From assembly GCF_009914755.1 (NCBI RefSeq), contig NC_060925.1: a DNA stretch of 64,000 nt, one strand, 5' to 3'. This document shows positions 1-13,785 of the stretch, in pieces. The stretch's first letter is position 1, and the number at the start of each line of letters is the position of its first letter. The notes under the pieces were generated by a model. That model saw only the letters and a list, made by a program, of their open reading frames with translations, searched no databases and had not been told where the DNA came from. The DNA comes from the human T2T-CHM13v2.0 reference genome, Homo sapiens. A program made the position numbers and the translations under genes.

Positions 1-399
1 AGAAAGGAAAAAGAAAAGTAGGTTAATTTCCTTGCTTTTATTTAAAGATTTTTAATAAGACACTTTGAATAAATGTTTTTCTAAGATTTCAGCCAGAGAG
101 AGACTTAGACTATAATTGTAATTGAAGTCTTTTTGGTTTGCTAGTAATTTGTGGTGACATCTTGTAAGAATTCCTGAAGCTTAAATTTAAGCTGCTTTCC
201 ATGAAACCACAGCAAAAATTAGTTACATGCAAAAAATTATTTCCTTAATTACTCTTTACCCTTGCCAAGACAAGTTTCACTGTATAATATGTAACTTTAA
301 GCCTTTAAATCAGAACCTTTCACTTATGATTATTTATTTCTCACTCTTATGACCAGCATATATTTTCATAAAGGCTTGGTTTGGAAGGGCCAGCAAGAT

Positions 400-690
400 A
401 GCCAAGGGGTAAAATGGCTGGAGTAAGACGCTGACTAGTAATGAGTGCTCAGAGTACTATCAGCTGTCTGTCCAACTGCCCCATATAAGGGGAGGCTACT
501 TCTCAGCTTTAGCCCAGGATTGCCATGTGACAATGCAAAGCAGTGATGCCAAATTTCTTTACTTTTTCAAGAGAAGATGAAAACTCGGCTTTTCTATACA
601 AATAACCCTATTTTTGCAACAAACTTAAATTTGTACTACTATGTAGGTCAACTGTGCAGAGTCCAGACAGCCCCCACGTCACTGGTTTTC
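400..690. mobile_element. MER102-like hAT-Charlie DNA transposon fossil
   Basis: Motif ctcagctttagcc..ttgccatg..ttttcaagagaagatgaaaactcggcttttctat resembles the recalled MER102 core; highly diverged. Confidence 0.45.
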
Positions 691-719
691 GTTTGGAGGT
701 CTGCGTGCTTGCATGTTGC

Positions 720-840
720 TACTAGACTTGAAGTTCCTGGAATGTAAACTATGCATCTCATTTATCTTTGTGTCATGCACAAAAGAGAGCTTTGCATTTA
801 ATAAACACTCACTAAATCTTTATTAAAAGACTGGTTGAAA
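720..840 (+). mobile_element. L2 3' fragment
   Basis: actagac..tctcatttatctttgtgtc..actcactaaat, typical of a degraded L2 tail. Confidence 0.4.
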
Positions 841-881
841 ACTTTTGGAAGCTATTAGCATTTGTCATTTGCCTATATTTA

Positions 882-1285
<404 letters not shown>

Positions 1286-2300
1286 GTCAGGGAAGGGTAC
1301 ACTCAACTGGCTCCCAGGGTGACAAATGAGAAGAGAAGAGACATTAGAGGAGAATCAACAGCCAGGCTGGTTGAGGAGTGGGGCTCACATGCCCTGCTAG
1401 AAGCTTGGCTTGTAGCGTAAGAGTGATGGGAAGACACGAAAAAATCAAACAAGGAACAGGGTGAGCACATTTTGAGGAAGGAGCATGAGCAGTGGCAATG
1501 TGGCCTCAGCCTCATGCTCAGGTAGGGCCTGATAAGCTGCAATGCCCTCTTACCTCCTGTGTGACTGAGGCCATGAAGATGGCACATCCATCTTTGCACC
1601 ACCAAGCACTTCGGTGGGCCAGGGCCCATCATGTGGCCCCTGAATGTAACCAGGGTGTCATCAGTGAAGTGTGAGTATTCCTCACATCCTGAGTCCCTGG
1701 AGCTTGGCACAGCATCTCACTCAGTGAGCTGAGCTTGTGCTTATTGCATGCAGGGAGGAAAAAAGGACTGCTGTGAAGTTTGCCAGAAGCAACATTTCTG
1801 GCAGCCCAATATGGCTGGGAATGGCTAGAAGAGTATGGTAGTGAATTAAATAGCTGGAAAATAAAGCTACAAGAAAAGTGCTCCTCTCATAAAGCAAAGA
1901 TCTCTAGTCACTTGCAAGCTGCAAGCTGGTGGCACAGATTTAGTTGCCCACAATGTGTGAAAAGCAATTTGTTTGAATTAGTTGCTATTAAAAGACTGGC
2001 AAGTTAATATTAGCACCTTCACATCTGGTTTATCTTAAAACCCCAAACTAGCTGACAATACTTGGCCTGTTTTGGTGTTTTAATTCATTAACTGACATGC
2101 TTCAAACATCACTTCCGGTATAAAGCTTAGTGTTCTGTTAGTAGCAAGAGAGCATCTTTGGAGAAAAAGATACAGCAGCATCAATAGCATGATTCATTTG
2201 TTGTATGCACACCCTGAAATAAATAGAAGTAGACAGTAAACCGTAAGAAGACTGAAGTCTTAACCTTCTTGCAGAGTTGCTCACTAGCCTAAAATGCCAT

Positions 2301-2340
2301 TGAGATGAGATGAGGTGAGATGAGAGGAGATGAGATGAGA
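2301..2340 (+). repeat. (GAGAT)n pentanucleotide microsatellite, imperfect
   Basis: tgagatgagatgaggtgagatgagaggagatgagatgaga. Confidence 0.85.
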
Positions 2341-2706
2341 ATATTGGCCCCTCCCAAATTCAACTTCCCTATAAATCCTTGTATTAATTGTTTTTTGGTA
2401 ATATAAGCCTTGTTTAGGTTAAAGACCAAACAAAAGAAAACTTCACACTATTTTTAAAAAGTAAAAAATGTTTATATAATTAATGTGCAAAAAATGTGTG
2501 CTTGAGACAACAGAATGCAACCTAAAGACAGCAATATGAATATGGGGATTATGTAGGATAAAAACTTGGTCAACTACAAAAGGCATAATGTGTAAACAAG
2601 GCTAATTTACGACTAAATGACAGGCTATTGTAAAATGCTTGCATATATTAAGAAAAATTTTCCTAGAATCAAAAGTGTTTACAGATGACAATGTTGTAAA
2701 AGTGTT

Positions 2707-3087
2707 TGTATTATTCAGTTCAGGCTGCTATATATAACAAAATACCGATGGACCAGGTGGCTTAAAAAACCAGAAATTTATTTCTTACAATTCTGGAGGC
2801 TAGAAGTCTGAGATGAGAGTGGAGTGCCAGCATGGTCAGGTTCTGGGGAGGGGCCTCTTCCAGGTTACAGACTGCCATCTTCTCAAGGTGCCCTCAAGAG
2901 AGAGCAGAGAGAGGTCTTGTGTCTCCTTCTCTTTATAAGGTCATTAGTTTTATCATGAAGGCCCCACATTCATGACCTCATCTAACCCTTATTACCTCCC
3001 AAAGATTTCACCTCCTAAAAGCATCATATTGAGGGCTAGAATGTCAGCATAAGAATTCAGGGGGATACAAACTTTCAGACCATAACA
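2707..3087 (-). mobile_element. MLT1A-like MaLR solo LTR
   Basis: TG...CA ends, cagaaatttatttcttacaattctggaggctagaagtc motif, 5-bp TSD gtgtt/gtgtg. Confidence 0.85.
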
Positions 3088-3300
3088 GTGTGTCAGTGTT
3101 GCAGCAGAGATGATGGGTACTAATCAGGAATGGCCATTTATGAATGGAAGTCTAATCAGGTATAATGTTGCTCATTATTTTGAAGACATAGGTGAAAGCC
3201 TATAGAATGAATTTTGTAAAAAAGTGAAATCATTTGTGGTGTCTTATATTGCAGTGGGTGGGAGCAGATTTAAATAATGCCATCCTATTTTTATGGTCTT

Positions 3301-3662
3301 TGATATGGTCTGGCTCTGTGTCCCCACCCAAATCTCATCTTGAATTGTAATCCAAATTGTAATCCCCACGTGTTTGAGGAGGAACCTTGTGGGAGGTGAT
3401 TACATCATGGGGGCAGTTCCCCCATGCTGTTCTCATGACAGTAAGTTCTTATGAGATATGATTTCGTAAGTGGCTTTTCCCCACTTCACTAGGCACTCAC
3501 TCTCTCTCCTGCTGCCCTGTGAAGAGGTGCTGTCTACCATGATTGTAAGTTTCCTGAGGCTTCCTCAGCCATGCAGAAGTGTGAGTCAATTAAACCTCTT
3601 TTCTTTATAAATTACCCAGTCTTGGGCATTTCTTCATAGCAGCATGAGAATGGACTAATACA
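3301..3662 (+). mobile_element. THE1D/MSTA-like MaLR solo LTR
   Basis: Starts tgatatggtctggctctgtgtccccacccaaatctc, ends ggactaataca; TSD gtctt/gtgtt. Confidence 0.92.
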
Positions 3663-6600
3663 GTGTTAATGAATATTTTACCATTACTAAATAACATTTG
3701 GAAGAGACATAAGAGGCCTAGGAGAGACACAACTTCAGGAAATTATGTATTGAGAATAGTCTTGAAAAATTTAATTTAGACTAATCAAAAGTACTAAGTA
3801 TGACTTCAAATGGTACTCTTGTGAATACTGTTGGAACTTGATGTTAACATGTCTTCATAGTGAAACTTAAATCCAGTGTGGCATTGTTTTAAAAGGACTT
3901 GGAACTTAAATCTGCTCGCTACATCTTTTGTAGAAACCACTTTTTGCTAGAAAGTTAGATTTTTCCCTCATCATGAATATTGTAATTAACTCCATGCTTC
4001 TGTGTCTGAACCACAGATAGTGCAATACTTTCTTAATGAACGATATGGTTGATACCTAATCTGCTATAGAACATATGTTCATATGTTCATTATTATATGG
4101 TGCCAAAAGCTTTTTGATTTGTTGGGAAAAAAAGCTGATATGTTCATGTTATTCAAAGGGAAATTATAGAAATAACTTATGGGAGAAGTTGGATCAAACT
4201 AAATATTTTAATTTTTTTTTCTACAGAGGCATTCATTAATAGGTAAAAAGGTACACAAATATATTATTTAATTTGCTTCCTCCTGACAAAATTATGATTT
4301 TGGGAAGCTCATTTGTCAAGAAAGAATATGAGCCACTTTCATATACTAAAATTGACTCTCCCCACCATGAAAGTGGTGGCCTAAACTAACATCCCCAATT
4401 TAGGGATTGGAAGACTACATTTCAGAAATGGTTTTCTGATTTCAGACTTTTTGAAAATGACCAAAAATTGTCTAAGTTGTTATTTACAATTACTATTATT
4501 GGTATTAGTCCAGAGCAGACGAACAGTTCCTTCAATATAAAAAAATTGTGAAAAGTCTGTTTGGAAAAACCTATATTTGTGACTGGCTGTTACTATAATG
4601 AATAAAACAAAACATCCTTCCTGGTTTAAAAATATAAGGCTGAATTCTATATATGGCATGCCACAAAGTGCAATACAAGATCTAACATTGCCAGGATTCT
4701 TGTTCCTAATCTAAGAACTCAATTACAAAAATAAAAATGCAATAATTTAACATTTCACACACACACACACATGCACAAATTTTAAATAGGATGTTTAATA
4801 CCATAGAACACACACTATAGTCAGTAAAAATAGATACAGTTTAAACAAAGGATCGCGCTTTCTTGGACAGGCTTCATTTATTTATGTTGGCTGTCTGGTC
4901 CCTCTTGGCACCTGAACTGCAATGCCTTGTCCAATTTATGTGTCTATTATAGTAGCACCAAGGTTCTTTGATTGATCATATATACTCATAAGCGGGCTTA
5001 GGTTCTTCCTAAAAAATGGTGAAGGATGGATAGATGAATAGGTGGAAGACAGATATCAATAAATAACAAGAATGTATCTCAATCTACACTTAGATGTGCA
5101 GCATATACAAATTGTTTACAATTTTTATATCTCTACTTAATTAGTATTTTGAGTCTATGATTCTATCCTAGAAAGGGAAACTAAGCTCAATTTAAGATTT
5201 CTTCCTCTTTTCTGCAGGGCTGTGGATCAGTTCTGAAGAGCTTATAGGGAACCAGGCATTGTGTTGCAGGAACACTTCTGGTTCTCACATCATTTGTTCC
5301 CACAGGATTTTACTGAGACTCCCTGGTTCAGCCTGGTCCTCAGTCATTAGCCTATTCATGTCATTCCTGAACTGCCTGTGGAAAAGGGTGGTGGATCTCT
5401 TCACAGATTCTGGGCCTCATATGTGTAATGGGGACCATTTTTCTGCTGCCAGATCATCCTGGGATATGGTAATCTTTTAGCTGATCCACAGCCTTCTCCT
5501 GTCTTGGACCACAGTTCTTGTCTCTGGTTCTGCTGCTCCTTCTGCAGGGTGCAGCTTTCTACTATGTTAAATCTCTCAGAGGTCTTGCCACCTCTCTAGG
5601 ACTCTTGAGGCAGCAGGATATCAGGCCTTTGTCTCTGGAGTCCACCCACCTGTCTGCTTTCATCATATCTGTTCTTTCTCTACATCTTCCCCATCCTGGA
5701 GAAGCTTTTTCTAGCATCGAGGGAATGTTATCCTTCAAGTTTGTTCTTCATATATTTTGGATGAACACAGAACTGCCTCTTTTCCCCCACAGAACTGAGG
5801 ATTTTAGAACTAAAGCAAAGAAATAGCTCTCAGGGTATTCCAACTTTTTACCATTTCACATTCCTCCCCCAAGGCAATAAACACAGACAGAATAATTGCT
5901 TAAAGGGAGTGCAGATGTGAGGAGACAGGAAAGCGGTGTGAGGTGGCAAGGAGGAGAAGGAAAAACAGAGGGAGAGGAGTAGAGAGACAGAGATGTGTGT
6001 AACGTAAGAAAAAGAAAGTTAAAAACCCCTGTTCTAGAAGACAGTATTTAAAAATCACTCCCAAGGATTGGAATAATTGACTTGTCAAAGGGAAGACTTG
6101 CAAAATATCAGGATGTTAATCCTCATTGGCCTTTTCTGGAACGTCATTCTATTGTATTGCTATAATTAAAAGAGAAAGGGTGCAAATATCTTCACTTGTG
6201 ACTTGCCTTTCTTGAAAATAAATTTCTCTGAAAACTGGTGAGTGCTTTTTCAGTAGATTGCTCATTTAATTACCAACATACATTCCTTAGTTTACCTGAA
6301 ATGCCTCATGGAAATTAACAGTTTTAAATTAATGTGTTAATTTCCATGAGGCAGTGTTAATTTCCTTCCATTTCCAGGCTTGAGTTGATTAACCATAGTG
6401 AGTGTGATGATTTCTCTCCATCTATCTACCTACCTACCCACCCACCTACTCAACATCTTATAGGCATCTGCTTTGAAGAAAGTAAGAATACAAATAAAAA
6501 TAAAAGGCTGTTATTGCTTCCGAGATTTAGGAGAGTAGAAAGCTGCACCCTGCAGAATTGATAGTGGAAGCTTTGTATGTAGACATCTGCAATACAATGT

Positions 6601-7307
6601 GGTAAGGGATCTAATAGAAACTGGGAGAGTTTTAGGGGTCTTGTAGAAATTATGCCAAACTTTGACTTCCCTGCCTTAAAGATATCAGAAAGGCCAAATC
6701 ACCAGTTATTCCATCTCTAGCCCCACTAGGTCCCTACATTCTATTCCCCAGGAAATCACAGCTATTCTAAAGGGATTTTATTCTTGTAACTATCTAATAT
6801 CTTTTCTATTTTAAAAAATGTATTTATGAACTTCAGATATCAAGAACTGAGTTTATCATGTCCCTTAATTCATGGCTCATTAAGCAGTTCTTGCAATCAA
6901 CTCTCTGGCCACTTGTGAGGCTAAGACCGATAAGCTAACAGGAGCAGGAGTATGCATTGAAAAAGTAGCTCTAAATGAGAGGATTAATCCCTTCTATTGC
7001 ACATTGATTGCTTACTTGTTTGATTCATTGGCTTAACACTTTATTCTGCAAAGGACAGGAAGCAGGTGAGAGTAAGTTAGACACTGCAGTCACCGAGGTC
7101 AACAGTAATCCTTCCTGGGTTGCCTATTTGCCTTGATTTGAAAAACTGAAAAGACCACATACTTCACAAAGACCAAGGATGTTAAACACCTTTTGATGGA
7201 AACTTACATTTCTGAGAATCTGGAGTGTTTCTATGAACAAGAAAATTATCAGATTAATTCAGAACATTGTGGGGCTAAGCAGTTCTGCCTTGCCTTTTCT
7301 TTCTGGG

Positions 7308-7350
7308 CTCTCTCTCTCTCTCTCTCTCTCTAGGCTCTCTCTCTCTCTCT
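7308..7350 (+). repeat. (CT)n microsatellite interrupted by agg
   Basis: Two (ct)n runs, each followed by agg. Confidence 0.9.
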
Positions 7351-10258
7351 AGGCTGTCTGTCATCTCTTCACTCTCAAGAAATTGCCTGCTCATGCTTTG
7401 GACCACATTATGTCACCATTAGTCCTCCTTTTGGAGGAAAAGCCCTCCCATATGACTTCATTTGGTGACATCAGTTCAGGAAATAAATATTTCTCTAGAA
7501 AGCAATGTTGCTTCCTTTTTTGACATGTCTCATAAAGCATAACTAAATGAAATGAAAAGTAATGGAACAGTTTCAAGTCATCATAGCTTTTTACATTATG
7601 GTCTTTTCCATTAACAACTGAGATCAATATTTTTATTGCTGTTAAATGACAAAAACTTAGACAAATTTTCTCACCAGCAGTTTGGGGCCATTTGGCTAAC
7701 ACAAGGCCCAAGTTAAAACCTAAGTCTTTTCATTCCTGCTCACCTCTAGCAATAACTTTCTCCAAATCACCCTTAACACTGCAGCTAATGCAGTTTTCTT
7801 AATCCCAGAACTTTGACAAAGTCCTGGAGTGATTTAAAGTGGTCATCCAAAAACTCAACTTCATTTCAAAGCCCTTTACCAGACCACAAACAACTTATTC
7901 ACTCTGACTTTCCATCTGGTCCTACTCCACTTCTGTCCCGTACTATGTTGCAGCATTAGCAAGGAATTCTGGATGTTCTTTTTGAACCAGCATCCCACAG
8001 GGTGCCTAGCCCTAACCTTACTTATAGACAATGCTCAACAATGTTTTCTGGGTTGCATTGAAAAGGATACCGTCATTCCATTATCTCCAAATGCATAGCT
8101 ATCTTTCATTCTGCTTATCATCAATGAGTGCATCATTTATTTCATTTTTATTCTTGACCATCATAGGATGTCTCTAGGTCATTTATATGCTTTCATGAGG
8201 TCTCCAAAGCCTGAGTCTAATGTTTTTCCCCAGGATCCTATTAAAAACATAGCATTCTGCTATGTGTATTTACCAATTGCTACAAATGCTGTCTCTCTCA
8301 GGACAGTCTTTGATTCTAATATTCTGTCCAAGCTTTCTATGCATATTCTTATTTATAAGTCCCACTTTGAGGTTTGAAAAATATGGTTCTCAGAAACTAA
8401 TCCCAGCTTTCAAGAAATCTTCCATTCTGTTGCAAAGGCAGAACCACAAAACAAAAACTAGAAGACCAAATAAAAAGTGCCAGGATTATTAATACAGACA
8501 AGAACATTTATCATTTCAGAGCAATTTAGGGCCAGGAAGGCAACGAAATCCCACTCTGAAATGAAAGCACAAGCATGGCCTTAGCAGAATATTCTACCCA
8601 TTCACATTTGGAAGGTAATAAACTTGTTCATGTCTTAAGAGGTATATGGTCTGGAGTTGGGGGCACTGATGAGCTGGCAGGAGGATGTTCTCAGCACAGT
8701 GAGTGAGTCAACCTCCTGCAGCCCTGCAAGCTGAGTCCATGCCAATGACTGTGGCTTAGTGTGGCTCATGAGGGGATGCACAGAGCATTATCAGTATGGA
8801 GACACACGCTTCCAGCTCATGATGAGCTGAGTGCAGAGCAGGAGCAGTGACAATGGTAAGGCCTTGAAGACAGCTAACTCAAGAGGGTGAAATTCAAAGT
8901 CAATCCATTCCCATATCCCAGCTGCAGAAGTCTGAGTGGGTAAAGGACTGGGAAACTTGGTGAGAAACAAAGGACACTGGAAAGGGGGTTAAAAGGCTTA
9001 GATTCTGCTTCTGCTGCACACTCAAGTTCCTGGGAAATCCATTCATTTTACTGGATCTTTGTTTTGTCCTCTGCAATATAAGGTGATTGGAGCAGAAGGG
9101 TGGCTCTTTATACTTTTTTTTTAATGGTAGCCTTTCATTAATAAAATCTTACATAAAGCTATGGTATATAAAAGAGGCAGAAGCAATGCCATGCTGGTTG
9201 AAGTGGGCAGAGAAGTTTCCTGGTTGGCATTCCCTCGGCTTTCCCTCCACAGAGCCCCAGGGTGCTATATAATAGAGCCTGAGACTGAGACTGCCGGCCT
9301 CCACATCTCCAAGTTGCCTTCCAGCTCTGACACTGTGAGAAAAAAAAATGTTCTTTGTTTTCCCAAGGACATATAAATTCACTCTTTTTTTTTTTTTGAT
9401 GTGAATAAAATGAAAGGAAGTGCAGACTAGGGCATGGCTATATGCCAGTTAGCTTCGTTTTGTTCTCTGGCGTCATGTGGGGAGTGTAAGAGCAAAGGGG
9501 AGTTCTGTACCCTAAAATGATCATCCTCACTCTTCCACTAAATAACTAAACAAACAAACAAAAAGAACATAAAGAAGACAACAATATAATTCCTGACTAT
9601 CACTCTCTGCTTGCCCGTTCCCACCTCCATGAAAGACTCAGGTGAGCCCATGAGCTCCTCTTTCAACCCCATTCCTAAACCTGGGGAGAATTAGAGCAGG
9701 AGATTGAAGTTTGGTCTGGAGGAAAGAAGAAACAGAAAACTTTGGAGGAGGAGATGAGCCACTTCCAGGGGGGCAGGTGTGGGTGTTGACTTAGGAACAT
9801 CAGCCTCTACATCCTTGGTGATTTCTTTCAGGGCCCTGGTGGTAGTTGACCTCCAACATCCTTTGCAGGGATATTAGAATAAAATTAATCCCTAAGATTA
9901 TTTAGATTCCAGGTTGTTTGCTGCCACAAAGTGCATGATGTCCTGTAAATCACTAATTCTTGAAGGCCCATAAATAGGGATTCTTCATAGGAAGTATACT
10001 TTCATACTATCTACTTCACAGGAAGTATCCCTTTTGAAAAAAAAAGTTCCCAGTGCTATAAAAATGTAGATATGCTCTCTGGGATGCCCTCCCATTCCAC
10101 CCCTCACCTCTGCTGCTTCTCACCTTCTTTTGATTACTCTTCTTCCTCTTGTTATCCAGAAATGGGGGTAGAGCAAAAGGACTGTCAGAATTTGTTTCCG
10201 GAAAAGAGGTAGTAAAAGAGAAGAAGAATAACCATTCTTTTGTTTTAAACATGCCCAT

Positions 10259-10583
<325 letters not shown>

Positions 10584-11030
10584 TCAAGCATTTCTCTCCA
10601 GTTGAAGTGAGTATTAGTGTCTTCTCTATGCCTTAGGAGCTACTGACAAAGAATTTTGTCTAGATATTTCTAAGCATTAGACAAAGTATAAAGCATGAAT
10701 GTAACTTAGTTCAGAGAAGAGTCAGCATACTTAATAAAAACATGATGAAGCCAAGATAGGTTGTGTTTATTTAACTAAATTCCGAAAAGTGCATATAGCA
10801 CTCCAGACTGAATCCAAATTAAGAGGAAAGAAATGTTGTCTTATCCAATACTGAGTTATTTGTTCAATCTGGGAAGCTCTGCAGAAGGCATTTATTACAA
10901 TGAGGAAACTGTTGGAATAATCAGGCCGTAATCTATGAACAACTAACAAAGATTGGTTCTCATCTTAAGTCTAGGATACTAGCCATTTTTTTAAGTATAG
11001 ACTCATAAAATTTCAGAAGGAAAGCACCCT

Positions 11031-12372
11031 TAGTTATATAGCAAAGTACATCAAAACCTAGTGGATTAAAATAACAATCATTAATGTAGCTGTGAATCTG
11101 CAATTTGGACAGACCTTGGTGGGGAAACCATGTCTCTGCTCCATGTGATATCAGCTCAAGCTGTTTATGTGGGGCTAGAAGATCCACTTCTAAGATGACT
11201 GTAATATTGTGATATAGCAAGAAATATACATTTGGACTCTGTCCCTGGTTCCTGGCACAAAGCTCCTAAAACCCTTGGAATTCCTTAAGTGATAAGAGTG
11301 AAAGGAGCATCTTTTGTGTACTCATAGATAAGCCCTTTTTTAACCTTAAATGAGTTTATGCTAATGATGTGATGCTTGGAGGATGGGGGCCATTTGCTAG
11401 AGAAAATGACCTTGTGATTAGAGGGTTGGAACTTTCATGCCCATCCCTTGATCTCCAAAGGGGAAAAAAGGGATACAGACTGAGTTCAGTCACCAATGAC
11501 CAATAATTTGATCAATCATGTATACATAATGGAACCTTCATAAAACTTTCAATGATGGGATCCAGGTTGGTGAACACATGAAGGTACTGGGAAGGTGGCA
11601 CACCTGGAAAGGTCACAAAAGCTCTCTACACCCCCACCCCATACTTTGCTTTATGCATCTTTTCCACTTAGCTGTTCTTTATAATAAACTGATAAACATA
11701 AGTAAGAGTGTCCTACAGTTTAATGAATGATTATAGCAAATTTTCAAACCTGAGGAGAGAGTTGCAGGAATGCCTGATTTATAGCCAATTCGTTAGAAGT
11801 ACAGGTGACAACATGGGACTTGCAATTGATATGTAAAGTAGGGGCAGTCTTATGGGGCTGAGTCCTTACCTTGTGAGATCTGCACTAATTCTGGGTAGTT
11901 AATGTCAGAACTGACTTAAATTATAGGACAGTCAGTAGGCATTCACAGAGAATTAGAGAATTGCCTAATATGTAGGGGAAAACCCACACATATCTGAGGT
12001 CAGAAGTGAAATGTGTGTGCAAAAGAAAAACAGGTTTTTCTTTTAATGTCTCACATGGCTGGCAAGTTGATGCTGGCTGTTGGCTGGGAGCTCAGCTGGG
12101 CTGTAGGCTGGACATCTTTGTTTCTTTCCACTTAGGCTGATCTACATGTTGCGTAATTGACACAAATAATTTAGCTGGGTTCAAAAGTCAGAATCTCAAG
12201 AGATAAAATGTAGAAGCAGATGGTTTCATGACGCCTAGATCTAGAAACAGCTACAGCATCACATCACTGAATTCAGTCCCAGAAGTCAGATTCAAGGGAA
12301 GGGACACAGCCCCCACCTCTCAATGAAAGAAATATCAAAGGCTTTGGGGAACATATTTTTGAATTACCACAC
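11031..12372 (-). mobile_element. MLT1G/H-like LTR split by a MER21 insertion (pieces about 11031-11199 and 12047-12372)
   Basis: gatccacttctaagatgac resumes as tctcacatggctggcaagttgatgctggctg after the insert. Confidence 0.7.
11200..12046 (+). mobile_element. MER21 (B/C-like) solo LTR nested in MLT1
   Basis: Starts tgtaatattgtgat..gtccctggttcctggcacaaagctcctaaaacccttggaa; flanks tgac/tgtc resemble a decayed 4-bp TSD. Confidence 0.8.
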
Positions 12373-12899
12373 AAGAGATACAGAGATGTGGTGAGAGAGA
12401 GGGAAGGATTTTAGAAGAGGAGAAATAATGATCTGAAAGTAGCACTGAGGCGACATGAGGATACTCCACCTTCATACCTGGTGGTAGAAAACTTCACGGA
12501 ATAAAATAGCCCCACTTGAGTGGGCTGCAGGGCAAGCTGTGTCCTCAGGGTGAACTACTTTCCTCTTAGAGCAAGAAGATGAAAGGAGTATTCAGAAAAG
12601 AATTTAAGAATATAAGGAATTTTGTTCTTCATGACCATACATTGCATAGGGCACAATGGAAGGGTTTTGAGAATTGGGAAAGGGCAGGAGAAAAAGGTAA
12701 ATTAGATGATATGTGGAAACTATTGAGAATTGAACTACAGGAGATATGGATCTAGGAATCTGGTGTTTGTGTTGGTAAGTCCTAAACAGGAATAAAGAAC
12801 ATAATGAGATTAAGCCCATGGATTCCAAGCAAGTGTCAGTGAAAAGATTTATGATATATGAACACCCCACTTAATAAACATTATCCACTGGATAATGTC

Positions 12900-13590
12900 A
12901 CACAGTATAAATAAACTAAAGATAAGCATGTGGAGACTAAAGATTACTATTCAAAATATATAAAGGACTCCCAGAAACCAATACAAAAAAGAAAAATTAC
13001 TCAAAGGAAAAATTGGCAAAAAACGGAAGAGGCAAAATCAAAGCACAGAGAATGTCTCAATGGCTAGTAAAGGTAAGATGCTCAATTTTACCAGAAATCA
13101 GGAAAACACAAATCTAAACCACAACAAGATATTATCTTACTTCTATCAGATTTTGTGTGGGTGGGTGCAGAATCTAAAAGCCTAACAATATTAGGTATTT
13201 GTAAAAGTTTGAAGCAAAGAATAACTTCCATATATTACTGGTAGAAGTATAAATTGACACAATTTGTCAAAATGTTCTATGACTAATCAATTTCAATTCT
13301 AGGTATATTACACTAGAGAAATTGTTGCATACCTGCAAAAAGAACATATATACAAGAATGTTACTTGACAACATTGTTTATCATATTAAACATTACAAAC
13401 TATCTAGAGGTCCATGAACAGAAGAATAGATAAGTATAATGTGGAAAAGCCATATGATGTAATTTTGTGTGACAATCTAAATGAATGAATGAGAGCTGTA
13501 TTTATTAACTTGGACAAATATCACAAACAGTAACTTACAAAGCAAATTATGATACCATTAATGTTACTTTAAAATCACTCTATATATTTT
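12900..13590 (+). mobile_element. Ancient L1M (L1ME-like) ORF2 end and 3'UTR
   Basis: Degraded matches to the L1 ORF2 C-terminus (aaattggcaaa, aaaccacaacaagat, caattctaggtatatt). Confidence 0.7.
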
Positions 13591-13599
13591 TACAGATTT

Positions 13600-13785
13600 T
13601 GACTCTCCTACTTATCATGTGACCTTGGGCAACTCTGAGCTTTGGTTTCCTCATTAATAAAATGGGAATGACAATAAAACTTACCTTGTAGGGTAGTACA
13701 ATTATACAAGTGAATACATAGAAAGTGCTTAGAATAGTGCTGGGCACACCATAAGCACTACATGTGTTAGTTATTATTACTATGA
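13600..13785 (+). mobile_element. MIR
   Basis: Core tgtgaccttgggcaa..tttcctcattaataaaatggg..gtgcttagaatagtgctgggcac. Confidence 0.85.

Noticed and set aside
178-193. 16-bp palindrome agcttaaatttaagct
   Set aside because: 8-bp AT-rich arms are about chance level in 64 kb
2111-2119. ETS motif ACCGGAAGT as a promoter
   Set aside because: Isolated; no CpG island or other core-promoter context
8813-8829. cagctcat-g-atgagctg near-palindrome and nearby gtaag donor
   Set aside because: Short arms; no supporting acceptor or frame
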